From positions 1 to 64,000 of the IMG/VR virus record IMGVR_UViG_3300037475_000199: a stretch of DNA of 64,000 nt; one strand, given 5' to 3'. This document shows positions 1 to 8,448 of this stretch, piece after piece; positions within the stretch are counted from its first letter, which is position 1; each line of letters opens with the position of its first letter. The DNA is from a virus. The notes under the pieces are model-generated. The model had not been told where the DNA came from and ran no database searches. It worked only from the letters and a program-made list of their open reading frames with translations. The position numbers were made by a program, and so were the translations under genes.

Positions 1-16
1 TTCTCTTAGAAGATTA

Positions 17-421
17 ATGATTCATAATCTATTTAGTTTTTTTGAGACTGAAGTACATTCTTTATTAGTTGACTTTGCGCTAGAATGGTCTAAATATGGT
101 GGAATGGTAAAGGATTATTCTGGAACATTTTTAATTAAAGCTAATTTAGATCAACTTAACAAAGAAATAGTTTTGCATCGTTTTGCATATTCTAGTGTCG
201 CCAGAATTACTTTTTCTTTATTAAATACAGAGTTAAAGTGTGAGTTTAGAATAAATAATGATAATCATGATTATACTAATGGATATAATTTAGAGTGTAT
301 CTTTAATGATCATATTCTCAGTAAAACTATTTGTAATTTTTACGAAGATATACTTGTAAAAATTAAAAATGAAACATTAATAATGTTGGCTACGAAATTT
401 TCCGTTGAAAACTTTAAGTGA
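17..421 (+). CDS. hypothetical protein
   Basis: 134-aa ORF. No recognisable motif. Same strand as the rest of the gene array. Confidence 0.4.
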   Translation: MIHNLFSFFETEVHSLLVDFALEWSKYGGMVKDYSGTFLIKANLDQLNKEIVLHRFAYSSVARITFSLLNTELKCEFRINNDNHDYTNGYNLECIFNDHILSKTICNFYEDILVKIKNETLIMLATKFSVENFK

Positions 422-427
422 GAATAT

Positions 428-604
428 ATGTCTAAAGAAGAAAAAACACTCTCTTCTTATGAAATAAGAAGACTAGGTCATTGTAAAGATACTGAATCAT
501 GTAAAGATAAATTATATTGTATTTGTCCTTGTTTACCTTGTGAAAAACAAGATTGCTTTAAACCTGGTTGTAAGTGTAAAAGAGTTCATCCTTATAAAGG
601 TTAA
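428..604 (+). CDS. small Cys-rich (Zn-binding-like) protein, 58 aa
   Basis: ATG at 428 with a TAA stop. Multiple CxC/CxxC pairs (CICPCLPC...CKCK). It is below the 60-aa cutoff of the ORF track. Confidence 0.3.
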   Translation: MSKEEKTLSSYEIRRLGHCKDTESCKDKLYCICPCLPCEKQDCFKPGCKCKRVHPYKG

Positions 605-607
605 AGT

Positions 608-865
608 ATGAAATACTTTAAATATAAATGTAGAAATTTTACAGAACTTACAATTCCTTCTGAGATTTTTATTACTAAAAGTTGGTTTGATAAAAGTCTT
701 GATAATGTTCATCTTGTTTTACAACAGGATAAACATCTTTTTAAAATATTAATGTGGAATGGTATTGAAATTTCGCGCTATTTAACAGGATATTCTCTTG
801 CACACGATGTTAATTTTATAGAATTTTCTTTAGAGTCTTTCCAAAATATAAGAGCGTTCTTATAA
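608..865 (+). CDS. small protein of the C-terminal 'LKxF-tail' paralog family
   Basis: Ends ...FQNIRAFL. It is the first of three tandem members linked by ATGA overlaps (608/865/1137). Confidence 0.5.
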   Translation: MKYFKYKCRNFTELTIPSEIFITKSWFDKSLDNVHLVLQQDKHLFKILMWNGIEISRYLTGYSLAHDVNFIEFSLESFQNIRAFL

Positions 866-1140
866 TGCTTTATCTTAAATATTTTAAATTAGAAGTTCCA
901 GAGTCTATTCTAATTTTAGAAGATTCAAAAGCTTTTTCTATAGATAAAAATAATCATTATGTAATTGAAAAACTAAATGATGATACGTTTTGTTTTAGAT
1001 ATATAAATAGGGAACCAGCAGGAGAATTTGCTCGTTATAGTGAATTTGACTTATACAGGATGTTTTTTGATACAGTAATTGGTGTTAAATATAGAGAGTA
1101 TTCTTTAGAAAAATATAATAACCTTAAAGATTTTTTATGA
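865..1140 (+). CDS. small protein of the 'LKxF-tail' family
   Basis: Ends ...YNNLKDFL. Its start overlaps the stop of the preceding gene. Confidence 0.5.
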   Translation: MLYLKYFKLEVPESILILEDSKAFSIDKNNHYVIEKLNDDTFCFRYINREPAGEFARYSEFDLYRMFFDTVIGVKYREYSLEKYNNLKDFL

Positions 1141-1439
1141 AATATTTTATTTTTTCTCAAATTGATCTTATTATGCCAAGCGAGATTCTTCTGATTGAAA
1201 ACTTTAGCCTTAGTTATGCTAAAGGCACACATCTTTGTATTTCAATCGATAAATATGCTTTAGATTTAGATATTTTCTCTATAAATAGAGATCATGGATA
1301 TTTCTTTGTTGAAAAGAAAAATGGATCTAATATTGATTTTAAATCTTTCTTCTACATTCGCCGTCTTTTAAATGAATTTAAAAATAAATATATTGAGTGT
1401 AGTTTAGAGAAGTTTAATGATTTAAAAATATTCTTATAA
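1137..1439 (+). CDS. small protein of the 'LKxF-tail' family
   Basis: Ends ...FNDLKIFL. Similar body to 865..1140 (…SLEK[FY]N[DN]LK[DI]FL). Confidence 0.5.
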   Translation: MKYFIFSQIDLIMPSEILLIENFSLSYAKGTHLCISIDKYALDLDIFSINRDHGYFFVEKKNGSNIDFKSFFYIRRLLNEFKNKYIECSLEKFNDLKIFL

Positions 1440-1461
1440 TAACATGATATATAACAATCAC

Positions 1462-1535
1462 GCCTTCATCGTTCAATGGTAGGACGTTAGCTTGTCACGC
1501 TAATAATGCCGGTTCAATTCCGACTGGGGGCGCCA
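1462..1535 (+). tRNA. tRNA-Asp (GTC)
   Basis: Acceptor GCCTTCA pairs with TGGGGGC through two G-U pairs. D-arm GTTCAATGGTAGGAC. Anticodon loop TTGTCAC. T-arm GGTTCAATTCC. G73 with an encoded CCA. Confidence 0.75.
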
Positions 1536-1547
1536 CTTAATTATTAT

Positions 1548-1622
1548 CCGCTATGAGTCTCTGGTAGAGCTGAGGGGTCTTATAAATCTTTTGGACAGGT
1601 TCGATTCCTGTATGGCGGACCA
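1548..1622 (+). tRNA. tRNA-like element (aberrant; no canonical anticodon arm)
   Basis: Perfect T-arm ACAGG-TTCGATT-CCTGT. Acceptor CCGCTAT pairs with ATGGCGG, followed by A73 and CCA. The D-arm and anticodon-arm region cannot be folded canonically. Confidence 0.4.
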
Positions 1623-1677
1623 TGAGGAATTTTCCTCGCACTGCACATGGTATCCATGTGATAATTTAGGAGCGCTC

Positions 1678-1917
1678 ATGACTAATTTTAATAATCAATC
1701 AGAACTAGATTTTTCTGATATATCTTCAGAAGAATACAGAATTTATGAATTTGAAAGTGGAAGATCAATCTTAATAAATAAACCATTAAGATTAAATGTG
1801 TCACCAAGTGGTGGACACAGGATATATGATGACTCTGGAGAGTCTCATTATATTCCAAAAGGTTGGATTCATCTTAAGTGGAAAGCTAAAGAAGGACAAC
1901 CTAATTTTGTGAAGTGA
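1678..1917 (+). CDS. hypothetical protein (start trimmed to ATG 1678 with SD AGGAG)
   Basis: The track ORF 1591..1917 begins inside the tRNA-like element. An internal ATG is preceded by AGGAG at the right spacing. Confidence 0.4.
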   Translation: MTNFNNQSELDFSDISSEEYRIYEFESGRSILINKPLRLNVSPSGGHRIYDDSGESHYIPKGWIHLKWKAKEGQPNFVK

Positions 1918-2226
1918 TTATATCGGGCAATAATGTTAATTTGTTATTGCTTTGACCATGGATAAATGCCTTGCAAGGATTACATTTTATTTGAAAAACC
2001 AACATCTTTGCTATTTCTTGTTATCCAATTATGGTGCATAGGCGAATCTAGTGAACGCGAAATCCTGAAGAGATTTAGAGCCCCGAGCGTAACGTGGGAT
2101 GCACCACCAAAGAAAGGTAGCGCCTTTCAGTCTGCTCACATGAACGAAACTGTGACGTTCCCTCTTGACTGTATAGATCAAGTAGTAAAAGGGACAGCTG
2201 GTTCACCTAGTCGGAAACGGTGATAA

Positions 2227-2303
2227 AGTCATCTAGTTTAATGGTAAAACGCCATCACATTTATGTGCCGGCGGAGATCTGGGTTCGAGTCCCAGGATGA
2301 TTT
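2227..2303 (+). tRNA. tRNA-like gene with an atypical anticodon region
   Basis: Acceptor AGTCATC pairs with GATGATT. Classic D-arm TAGTTTAATGGTAAAAC. T-arm CTGGG-TTCGAGT-CCCAG. The 28 nt between the D-arm and T-arm form CACAT-TT-ATGTG rather than a 5-bp stem with a 7-nt loop. Confidence 0.45.
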
Positions 2304-2514
2304 CTAATAACGAATGCAGTTTAGGTTTACAATACACGATCCTAAGGTAGTGACACTCTTCTATTCCTTAATTGGAAAGAGGAAATAGCAAGTACAGATA
2401 TAGTAATTTGATATCTTACGTGGCGAATACAGTAGCCTGATAAAAAGGAGCTGTACAGCAGATCACCAGAAACTTAGATAATATTTTGTCGTTATTATTT
2501 TTTAAAGGTGAAAT

Positions 2515-2628
2515 ATGAAGTGTAAGATTCATCCAAAATATAAAGCTATGAGAAAGCCTATAAAGACAGTTAAGTTTCCAAAAGGCTGTAAAGATTGTTT
2601 ATTGATATATAAGGAAATCAAACAATGA
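2515..2628 (+). CDS. very small basic protein (37 aa)
   Basis: ATG 2515 preceded by AAAGGTG. Its stop overlaps the next start (ATGA at 2625). Confidence 0.25.
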   Translation: MKCKIHPKYKAMRKPIKTVKFPKGCKDCLLIYKEIKQ

Positions 2629-2828
2629 AGATTTATAAGCACGTTTTATGTAAAAAGAATCTTTTCAAAAGCACATATAATGATTATGCTTTTGAAATTA
2701 ACAAATATTATTCTTTAGAAGATGAAGATTCGGAATTTTATTTCATAAAGGATAGTACGGGTCATAAATTTAATTTTTCTAAAGAAGTAGACGGTATATC
2801 CTATTGGATAGATGATTACTTTGAATAA
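2625..2828 (+). CDS. hypothetical small protein
   Basis: 67-aa ORF that is translationally coupled to the upstream small ORF. Confidence 0.3.
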   Translation: MKIYKHVLCKKNLFKSTYNDYAFEINKYYSLEDEDSEFYFIKDSTGHKFNFSKEVDGISYWIDDYFE

Positions 2829-2834
2829 CAATAT

Positions 2835-2911
2835 CGACCTCTAGCTCATTTGGTTAGAGTACTTCTCTGATAAGGAAGGGGTGCCGGGTTCGAATCCCGG
2901 GGGGTCGACCA
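2835..2911 (+). tRNA. tRNA-Ile (GAT)
   Basis: Acceptor CGACCTC pairs with GGGGTCG. D-arm GCTCATTTGGTTAGAGT. Anticodon stem CTTCT/GGAAG with loop CTGATAA. T-arm CCGGG-TTCGAAT-CCCGG. A73 with CCA. Confidence 0.75.
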
Positions 2912-2947
2912 TTTAAACAATATAATAATTTTAATTAGGAATTATAT

Positions 2948-3478
2948 ATGTGGGCAAAAGAAGATCAAAGAAAATCAGACCAAGCTTTTAGAGAAAGACG
3001 AAGAGCACGTACACATATTGAAATACCAATCAGTAAAATTTGTTCTGAATGTTTAATAGACAAACCGGCTAGTGAATTTACAAGAGACAAAGTCTCTAAA
3101 GATGGTTTAAAATTTCATTGCAAAGCTTGTACTAAAAAAGAAAATGATACTTGGAAAAACAAAAACTGGTTTAAAAAATTATTACATACCGCAAAATCAA
3201 CTTCGAAAAAATATAATCTTTTATTTGATCTGGATGAAGATTTTATAATTGGTTTGTTTAACTATCAAGATAGAAAGTGTTTTTACCTTGGAATAGATTT
3301 AGAGCCAGCATTTAATAGAAGAAAATTAAATTCTCCATCATTAGATAGAATAGATTGCAATAAAGGATATACTAAGGATAATGTGATTTTATGTTCACAA
3401 TTTGCCAATTTAGGTCGGTGTGATGTTCCTTTTGAAGAATTTAAAAATTTTTGCGATCAACTTATAAACAAGACTTGA
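2948..3478 (+). CDS. Endonuclease VII-like / HNH-type nuclease with Zn ribbon
   Basis: CSEC...CKAC zinc ribbon. C-terminal SLDRIDCNKGYTKDNVILCSQFANLG resembles the Endonuclease_7/HNH core (hlDHdh...vRGlLC..CN..lG). Confidence 0.45.
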   Translation: MWAKEDQRKSDQAFRERRRARTHIEIPISKICSECLIDKPASEFTRDKVSKDGLKFHCKACTKKENDTWKNKNWFKKLLHTAKSTSKKYNLLFDLDEDFIIGLFNYQDRKCFYLGIDLEPAFNRRKLNSPSLDRIDCNKGYTKDNVILCSQFANLGRCDVPFEEFKNFCDQLINKT

Positions 3479-3807
3479 AACAAATGCGAAAATTTAATAT
3501 GAAATGTTTTATTTGCAATAATGAGCTTGAAGCTCACACCGTTGGATTAGGTCACTTTTTAGTGTGCCCAATAGATAATATTATTGCTACATTAGGTGAT
3601 GACGGAAAAGTGAAGCACTATTCTTGTTATTATAAACAATATTCATTTAATATTAATTATATAACAAATAAAACAACTGTATCTAAGCAATCATTATCTC
3701 AGTTTAATGAACATACAATAATTACAATTATTGACAGTGCAATTTCTATGCCAACGTCATCAGATGATTTTTTAAAAAAAATTAAGACCATCTTGACATA
3801 TATGTAA
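3451..3807 (+). CDS. hypothetical Cys/His-rich protein
   Basis: ORF in the gene array with a C-x2-C...H motif. Confidence 0.35.
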   Translation: MRSTYKQDLKQMRKFNMKCFICNNELEAHTVGLGHFLVCPIDNIIATLGDDGKVKHYSCYYKQYSFNINYITNKTTVSKQSLSQFNEHTIITIIDSAISMPTSSDDFLKKIKTILTYM

Positions 3808-3818
3808 AAGAGGTTATA

Positions 3819-4013
3819 ATGTTCGGTGAAATCTGTAGCTGTGGCTGTCACAACAATAAAAATATAAGACATGTCATATCTTGTTGTGTTACTTGTCCTT
3901 CTTGTGATGGAAGAATTAAAACATCATTTTATGATAATCATGTTAAAAAATGTATTGAAGAATGTGAAGCTAGGCTTAAAGAATTAATTTCTAAATATAA
4001 AAAATTAGATTAA
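3819..4013 (+). CDS. small Cys-rich protein
   Basis: CSCGCH...CCVTCPSCDG zinc-ribbon-like motif. Confidence 0.35.
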   Translation: MFGEICSCGCHNNKNIRHVISCCVTCPSCDGRIKTSFYDNHVKKCIEECEARLKELISKYKKLD

Positions 4014-4014
4014 G

Positions 4015-4377
4015 ATGGAATTAACTTGTATATTTTGTCATAATAAATTAATTTTGAGAAATTCTAATTCCGCAATGGAAGGTTATTTTTGTGTTTATCA
4101 AAATGAACATGAAAATGTTAGAAAAAATCATTGGGCTTGGACTTGTCGTAATGATAACTATGAAGTTGAAATTGATGTCATTAATATAATAGTTGATAAA
4201 TATCAATTATGCGCCTCTTTTATGTCTAATAATACTAGATTACTAATCGAATCTAATAAAAATGGCGACGAAATCAAAGATACAATACTAATTATTCCTG
4301 AATTAGATTTTTTCTTTCGTATAAAAACTGAAGAAGATTTTATGAATAAAGTTAAATCTCTCTTATTATTTATGTAA
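4015..4377 (+). CDS. hypothetical protein
   Basis: ORF that is adjacent and co-directional in the array. Confidence 0.35.
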   Translation: MELTCIFCHNKLILRNSNSAMEGYFCVYQNEHENVRKNHWAWTCRNDNYEVEIDVINIIVDKYQLCASFMSNNTRLLIESNKNGDEIKDTILIIPELDFFFRIKTEEDFMNKVKSLLLFM

Positions 4378-4384
4378 GGTTTAA

Positions 4385-4681
4385 ATGACAAAAAGTTTAA
4401 TTATGAAAAATTTATTTTTAACTGTAGAAGAATTTAAATCTTCTTTACTCTCTGCTTTATTGAAAAATAATAAAACTTTTGTAGATGGAAAAAATTATAC
4501 TCAGTATAGTATTAGAAATGCTATTTATTGTTTGATTGAAATGGAAAAAGCAGCTCATCATTTTATAGATTTCCCATTAGAAGATCAAAAACAAATTATG
4601 TTTTGGGCTATTCAAATGCGAGATGAAGCTAAAAGAATTTTAAAAAAAGAATTTGACTTTTACTACGATTATTCAAAATGA
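4385..4681 (+). CDS. hypothetical protein
   Basis: ORF only. Confidence 0.35.
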   Translation: MTKSLIMKNLFLTVEEFKSSLLSALLKNNKTFVDGKNYTQYSIRNAIYCLIEMEKAAHHFIDFPLEDQKQIMFWAIQMRDEAKRILKKEFDFYYDYSK

Positions 4682-4914
4682 AAATTAATATAGAAAAAGC
4701 GTCTGCTAAAGCAAAGTGTCGTGGTATTAAATGTAAAAAAATGCCAGAATATATTAATCGTAAAGGTAGAATAAGAAAAGATACATCTTGTGCAGCTATT
4801 AGAATGTCCTCTAGTGGTGGCTGGCATACATCTTATTATTGTAGAGATTGCATTGATGTTATTTATTTAGATATGAAAGCGCAACTGAATCCTAGTTTAT
4901 GGATATTTAAATGA
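4678..4914 (+). CDS. hypothetical Cys-rich protein
   Basis: ATGA overlap with the upstream gene. CRGIKC...CRDC motif. Confidence 0.35.
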   Translation: MKINIEKASAKAKCRGIKCKKMPEYINRKGRIRKDTSCAAIRMSSSGGWHTSYYCRDCIDVIYLDMKAQLNPSLWIFK

Positions 4915-5336
4915 CTGAAAAAGATTATAAATTTTATATATCAACATCTCAAAGAGTTACTGGTGGCAAACCATATCCTGGAGAAAAGGGACCTTATGCC
5001 TGCTGTGAACCTATTTATAGAGAAACCGATTTTCATAGAGTATATATAAATCCTCCTCCAAATATGATGTTTTTTGAAACAATAGAGTTGTCTGAAGCAG
5101 AATATATTCATTTTTCTAAAAAGAAGAAAATTTATTTAGCTGTAGTTTTTTATTCAGATGGAGATACTTTTGGTACAACATATGGTCTTTTTCATATTTC
5201 AGGCTTATCTTCGACACAAAAGGGAGCAGAAAGATTAAATAAAGAAGCATTGGAGAGAAATGAATATAAACCTTGGGAAGGATATTTTTCGCATTTAATG
5301 CGTACAGAAGTTTATTTATTAGATTTAGTAAAATAA
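4911..5336 (+). CDS. hypothetical protein
   Basis: ATGA overlap. No recognisable motif. Confidence 0.4.
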   Translation: MTEKDYKFYISTSQRVTGGKPYPGEKGPYACCEPIYRETDFHRVYINPPPNMMFFETIELSEAEYIHFSKKKKIYLAVVFYSDGDTFGTTYGLFHISGLSSTQKGAERLNKEALERNEYKPWEGYFSHLMRTEVYLLDLVK

Positions 5337-5339
5337 TAT

Positions 5340-5410
5340 GAGCTTATAACTTAATGGTAAAGTAATCGATTCTTAATCGGTTAATGAAAGTTCAACTCTT
5401 TCTAAGCTCA
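5340..5410 (+). tRNA. tRNA-Lys (CTT)
   Basis: Acceptor GAGCTTA pairs with TAAGCTC. D-arm ACTTAATGGTAAAGT. Anticodon stem ATCGA/TCGGT with loop TTCTTAA. T-arm GAAAG-TTCAACT-CTTTC. A73. Confidence 0.65.
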
Positions 5411-5414
5411 CAAT

Positions 5415-5490
5415 GGGTTTATAGTGTCAACGGTAGCACATCAGACTTTTAATCTGTTCAGTTTCGGTTCGAATCCGAATAAACCCACCA
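5415..5490 (+). tRNA. tRNA-Lys (TTT)
   Basis: Acceptor GGGTTTA pairs with TAAACCC. Anticodon loop CTTTTAA. T-arm TTCGG-TTCGAAT-CCGAA. A73 with CCA. Confidence 0.7.
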
Positions 5491-5506
5491 CTTAAAGGAA
5501 AGTTAT

Positions 5507-5803
5507 ATGATTTTTATTGAAAGAATATTTATTTTAGTATTATTATGCTCTTTTATAGGAACATTAACCTTTGCAGCCCTAGCATCATTAAAAGCTAACA
5601 AAGCCAAACAATTAAGCTCTGACGCCCTTCAAAAGGCATTAGAATCTAATTCTAAAAAGAAATTAGAAAACGTTTTAATTGTTTATGATAAGCAATTAGA
5701 TAAATCTGTGAAACAAAAAGTTCATGCTCGCATTGACGATATGATTATTGAAGATATTGAAGAGATTGAAAACGAAAAGTATTCTAAATTAGAAAACAAA
5801 TAA
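5507..5803 (+). CDS. small membrane protein (N-terminal TM plus charged coiled region); possible SPFH partner
   Basis: Hydrophobic N-terminus IFILVLLCSFIGTLTFAALASL. Lies immediately upstream of the SPFH gene. Confidence 0.4.
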   Translation: MIFIERIFILVLLCSFIGTLTFAALASLKANKAKQLSSDALQKALESNSKKKLENVLIVYDKQLDKSVKQKVHARIDDMIIEDIEEIENEKYSKLENK

Positions 5804-5815
5804 GGATTTTATATT

Positions 5816-6787
5816 ATGAGTGGATTAACAAAATTAGCAATTATTTTAGGCGTATTTCTGGTGTCATCACTTCTTTTTGCAGCCTGTACCACTACAAGAG
5901 TAGATGTTGGTCATGTTGGCGTTAAAGTTAAATTAGCTGGTTCAGGGCGCGGCGTTCAAGATATGCAAATTAAAACTGGATGGGTGATTTTTAATCCATT
6001 AACAGAACAAGTTGTAGAGTTTCCGGTTTCAGTTCAAAATATTATTTTAAGCGCCGATCCACATGAAGGTGGCTCAAAAGATGATGCAACATCGGATCAT
6101 TCAGTTGATGAATCAATTACATTTTCTTCTATTGAAGGTGTTAATGCTACCGCAAATGTTGGATTCAGTTTCCACATTGATCCTAATAAGGCTCCACAGC
6201 TTTACGCAAGATTTAGACAAACTGATATGAGAGAGTTAGCTTATGGTTACATGAGAAATGTTATCAGAGAAGGTTTCAGTGAAGTTGGCTCTAAAATGCC
6301 AATTCAAGATATTTATGGTGCTGGTAAAACCAAACTTATTGCAGATGTAACTCATAAGTGTCAAGAGTCTCTTGGAAAAGATGGCGTAATTATTGATCAA
6401 TTAACCATTAATGGTGCTTTAAAACTACCTGAAAATGTTGCTGGTGCAATTAATAATGCTATGGCAGCAACACAAAATGCTATTCAAAGTGAAAATAAAG
6501 TTCGTCAAGTTAAAGCTGAAGCTGAACAAACTATTGCAACTGCACATGGTGCTGCGGAAGCTGCTCGTCAAAAAGCACAAGGTGAGGCTGATGCTCTTCT
6601 TATTAGTGCTGAAGCTGAAGCTAAATCAAGATTGATTAAAGCAGCAGCTGAAGCAAAAGCTAATGATACTGTTCAATCATCTTTGACTCCGCAAATTATT
6701 CGTTATCGTGCCATTAATAGCTGGGATGGTAAGCTCCCAACTTATTTAGGCTCTTCTGGTCCGCTACCAATGATTAATGTTCAATAA
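5816..6787 (+). CDS. SPFH/band-7 (prohibitin/HflK-C-like) membrane protein
   Basis: N-terminal TM followed by an SPFH-like core. C-terminal Ala/Glu-rich coiled coil (AEAEQTIATAHGAAEAARQKAQGEADALLISAEAEAK), as in HflK/C and prohibitins. Confidence 0.6.
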   Translation: MSGLTKLAIILGVFLVSSLLFAACTTTRVDVGHVGVKVKLAGSGRGVQDMQIKTGWVIFNPLTEQVVEFPVSVQNIILSADPHEGGSKDDATSDHSVDESITFSSIEGVNATANVGFSFHIDPNKAPQLYARFRQTDMRELAYGYMRNVIREGFSEVGSKMPIQDIYGAGKTKLIADVTHKCQESLGKDGVIIDQLTINGALKLPENVAGAINNAMAATQNAIQSENKVRQVKAEAEQTIATAHGAAEAARQKAQGEADALLISAEAEAKSRLIKAAAEAKANDTVQSSLTPQIIRYRAINSWDGKLPTYLGSSGPLPMINVQ

Positions 6788-7229
6788 TATTAAGAAAGAA
6801 TTAGTTATGATTGAAAAAATGTCAGATTTAAATCTAGATAAATTAGATCCTAAGGCTGAAGATTATTTAGATCAATTAGATAATTTGGTAAAAGAAAGTT
6901 TAGGAGTTTCATTCTCAGAATTAAAAGCTCCTATTATTTCTTATGTTGCCAGTCATTCTGAAGAATTGTCTTTGCAATTTCCTAATATTGCACCATATGG
7001 AGATTATTCTAAGTTAATTGAAGATAATGATGGTATGTCAGAATTTTTAAAAAAACTAGATCAACCAACTGATTGGAAGATTGCAGTTTTAGAAGAAGAT
7101 AAAAAATATGGCTTACTGAAATTTGGTTTCATTTGTACATCAGTTGATGATGGTGATTCGTTAGAAGGTTTTACTTATGTAACTATGTCTGGCAAGATTA
7201 AACACTCTTTTGCACAATATATTGGATGA
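6777..7229 (+). CDS. hypothetical acidic protein
   Basis: ORF only. Confidence 0.35.
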   Translation: MFNNIKKELVMIEKMSDLNLDKLDPKAEDYLDQLDNLVKESLGVSFSELKAPIISYVASHSEELSLQFPNIAPYGDYSKLIEDNDGMSEFLKKLDQPTDWKIAVLEEDKKYGLLKFGFICTSVDDGDSLEGFTYVTMSGKIKHSFAQYIG

Positions 7230-7510
7230 AAAACCTTACTGATGAAGAAATTGCTGAAGGTTGCGTTATGTCAGCTGATGGTATAAAACGGTGGTATGAT
7301 GAGAATAGACATTATCATCGTCTTGGTGGTCCAGCTATTTTAGGTTTAAATGGAAATCAATTATGGTATAAGCATGGCAGACGTCATTGTTTATGTGGTC
7401 CTGCTGTTGATGTAGATTGGAATAAAGAGTGGTGGGTTGAAGGCGAAAAGATAGAATGTTCTTCTCAAGAAGAGTTTGAACAAATTTTAAAGTTAAAAGC
7501 ATTTTGGTAA
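7226..7510 (+). CDS. MORN-repeat (MORN_2/YwqK-like) protein with LKLKAFW tail
   Basis: Repeats of the W[YW]..NG..HR..GPA type. C-terminus CSSQEEFEQILKLKAFW. Confidence 0.55.
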   Translation: MKNLTDEEIAEGCVMSADGIKRWYDENRHYHRLGGPAILGLNGNQLWYKHGRRHCLCGPAVDVDWNKEWWVEGEKIECSSQEEFEQILKLKAFW

Positions 7511-7514
7511 AATT

Positions 7515-8069
7515 ATGGCAAATGATCTTAAAACTACGATAATTAATTTATATGGTGGTCCTGGAGTTGGTAAGTCTACTTCTGCAGCATATCTTTATTA
7601 TTTACTTAAAATTAATGGCGTAAATGCTGAGTTGGTTAGAGAGTATGTTAAGGATTGGGTTTGGGAACAAAGATCAATTGGACCTTATAATCAAATTTAT
7701 TTCTTAGGCAAACAAATTCATAAAGAGAGTCTTTTATATGGTAAAGTTAATTATATAGTGACAGATGCTCCAATCATGATGAATGTTTATTATGCTTATT
7801 TGTATTGCAAAAAAGAATTGGCAGATGGAATAAGGTGTGCTGCAGAAGCATTTTATAATCAATGCAAGAATGATAATTATAATCACATTCATGTAATGTT
7901 AAAGAGGTCGCATGCATATAACCCTAATGGCAGATATCAATCAGAGGAAGAAGCTCTTCAAATTGATACTGGCGTTAGAAAGTTATTATCTGATTTAGAT
8001 ATTCCTTATATAGAGTGTAATAGTGATGAAAATAGTTTGGCAGAATTGTTAGTGAAATTAAAGCCATGA
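7515..8069 (+). CDS. P-loop NTPase/kinase (NadR-RNK- or polynucleotide-kinase-like)
   Basis: Walker A motif GGPGVGKST near the N-terminus. About 180 aa, the size of a small nucleoside/nucleotide or polynucleotide kinase domain. Confidence 0.45.
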   Translation: MANDLKTTIINLYGGPGVGKSTSAAYLYYLLKINGVNAELVREYVKDWVWEQRSIGPYNQIYFLGKQIHKESLLYGKVNYIVTDAPIMMNVYYAYLYCKKELADGIRCAAEAFYNQCKNDNYNHIHVMLKRSHAYNPNGRYQSEEEALQIDTGVRKLLSDLDIPYIECNSDENSLAELLVKLKP

Positions 8070-8413
8070 GAGATAATTTTATATATAATTCGTTACTAGA
8101 AAATGGCGAAGCAATTTGGAAGCCACAAGGCAATTCTATGACTCCAAAAATTAATTCTGGAGAAGAAGTTGAATTAAAGTCATGTGAAAAACTAAAGTTA
8201 TATGTAAATGATATAGTTTACTGTAAGGTTAAAAGTAATTATTATTTACATTTATTATCAGCTATAGAGGGTGAAAGATATCAAATTTCTAATAATCATG
8301 GATATGTTAATGGCTGGATTAATAGAAAAAATATATTTGGTATCTGTGTTAGGGTAAAAGATAAAGTACTTTTATCTGTTGATGAATTAAAACTTAGAGA
8401 AGAAACATTATAA
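8066..8413 (+). CDS. S24 LexA/signal-peptidase-like protein
   Basis: QGNSMTPKINSGEEVEL...NDIVYCKV resembles the GdSMeP...GD.v...GDiV core of S24/S26 peptidases. Confidence 0.35.
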   Translation: MRDNFIYNSLLENGEAIWKPQGNSMTPKINSGEEVELKSCEKLKLYVNDIVYCKVKSNYYLHLLSAIEGERYQISNNHGYVNGWINRKNIFGICVRVKDKVLLSVDELKLREETL

Positions 8414-8448
8414 ATCTATTACTTAGGTGATATATTTATAAGCGTTAT

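Noticed and set aside
1035-1232. Minus-strand ORFs lying inside plus-strand genes. They are at 1035-1232, 4203-4391, 10335-10595, 12148-12330, 12367-12549, 15677-15889, 24012-24197, 24160-24348, 27148-27435, 27925-28116, 28357-28656, 30724-31047, 31306-31527, 32323-32544, 34753-35115, 35482-35706, 35734-35973, 36118-36306, 37158-37580, 39751-39993, 45427-45699, 46141-46368, 47743-47928, 47941-48231, 52058-52300, 52566-52751, 56601-56813 and 59876-60067.
   Set aside because: They are fully embedded antisense to well-supported genes such as ligA, nadV, helicase and PyrF-like. They have low-complexity AT-rich translations and lack Shine-Dalgarno sequences and motifs. They are almost certainly spurious.
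1591-1677. 5' extension of ORF 1591-1917 as called by the ORF track.
   Set aside because: It overlaps the tRNA-like element's T-arm and acceptor. An internal ATG at 1678 has a proper AGGAG Shine-Dalgarno, so the extension is likely not translated.
6435-6635. Plus-strand alternative-frame ORFs. They are at 6435-6635 inside the SPFH gene, 22832-23080, 29740-29949, 35787-35981, 53803-54051, 58962-59147 and 60016-60231.
   Set aside because: Each overlaps a better-supported gene in another frame. The translations are K/L-rich low complexity. They are frame artefacts of AT-rich DNA.
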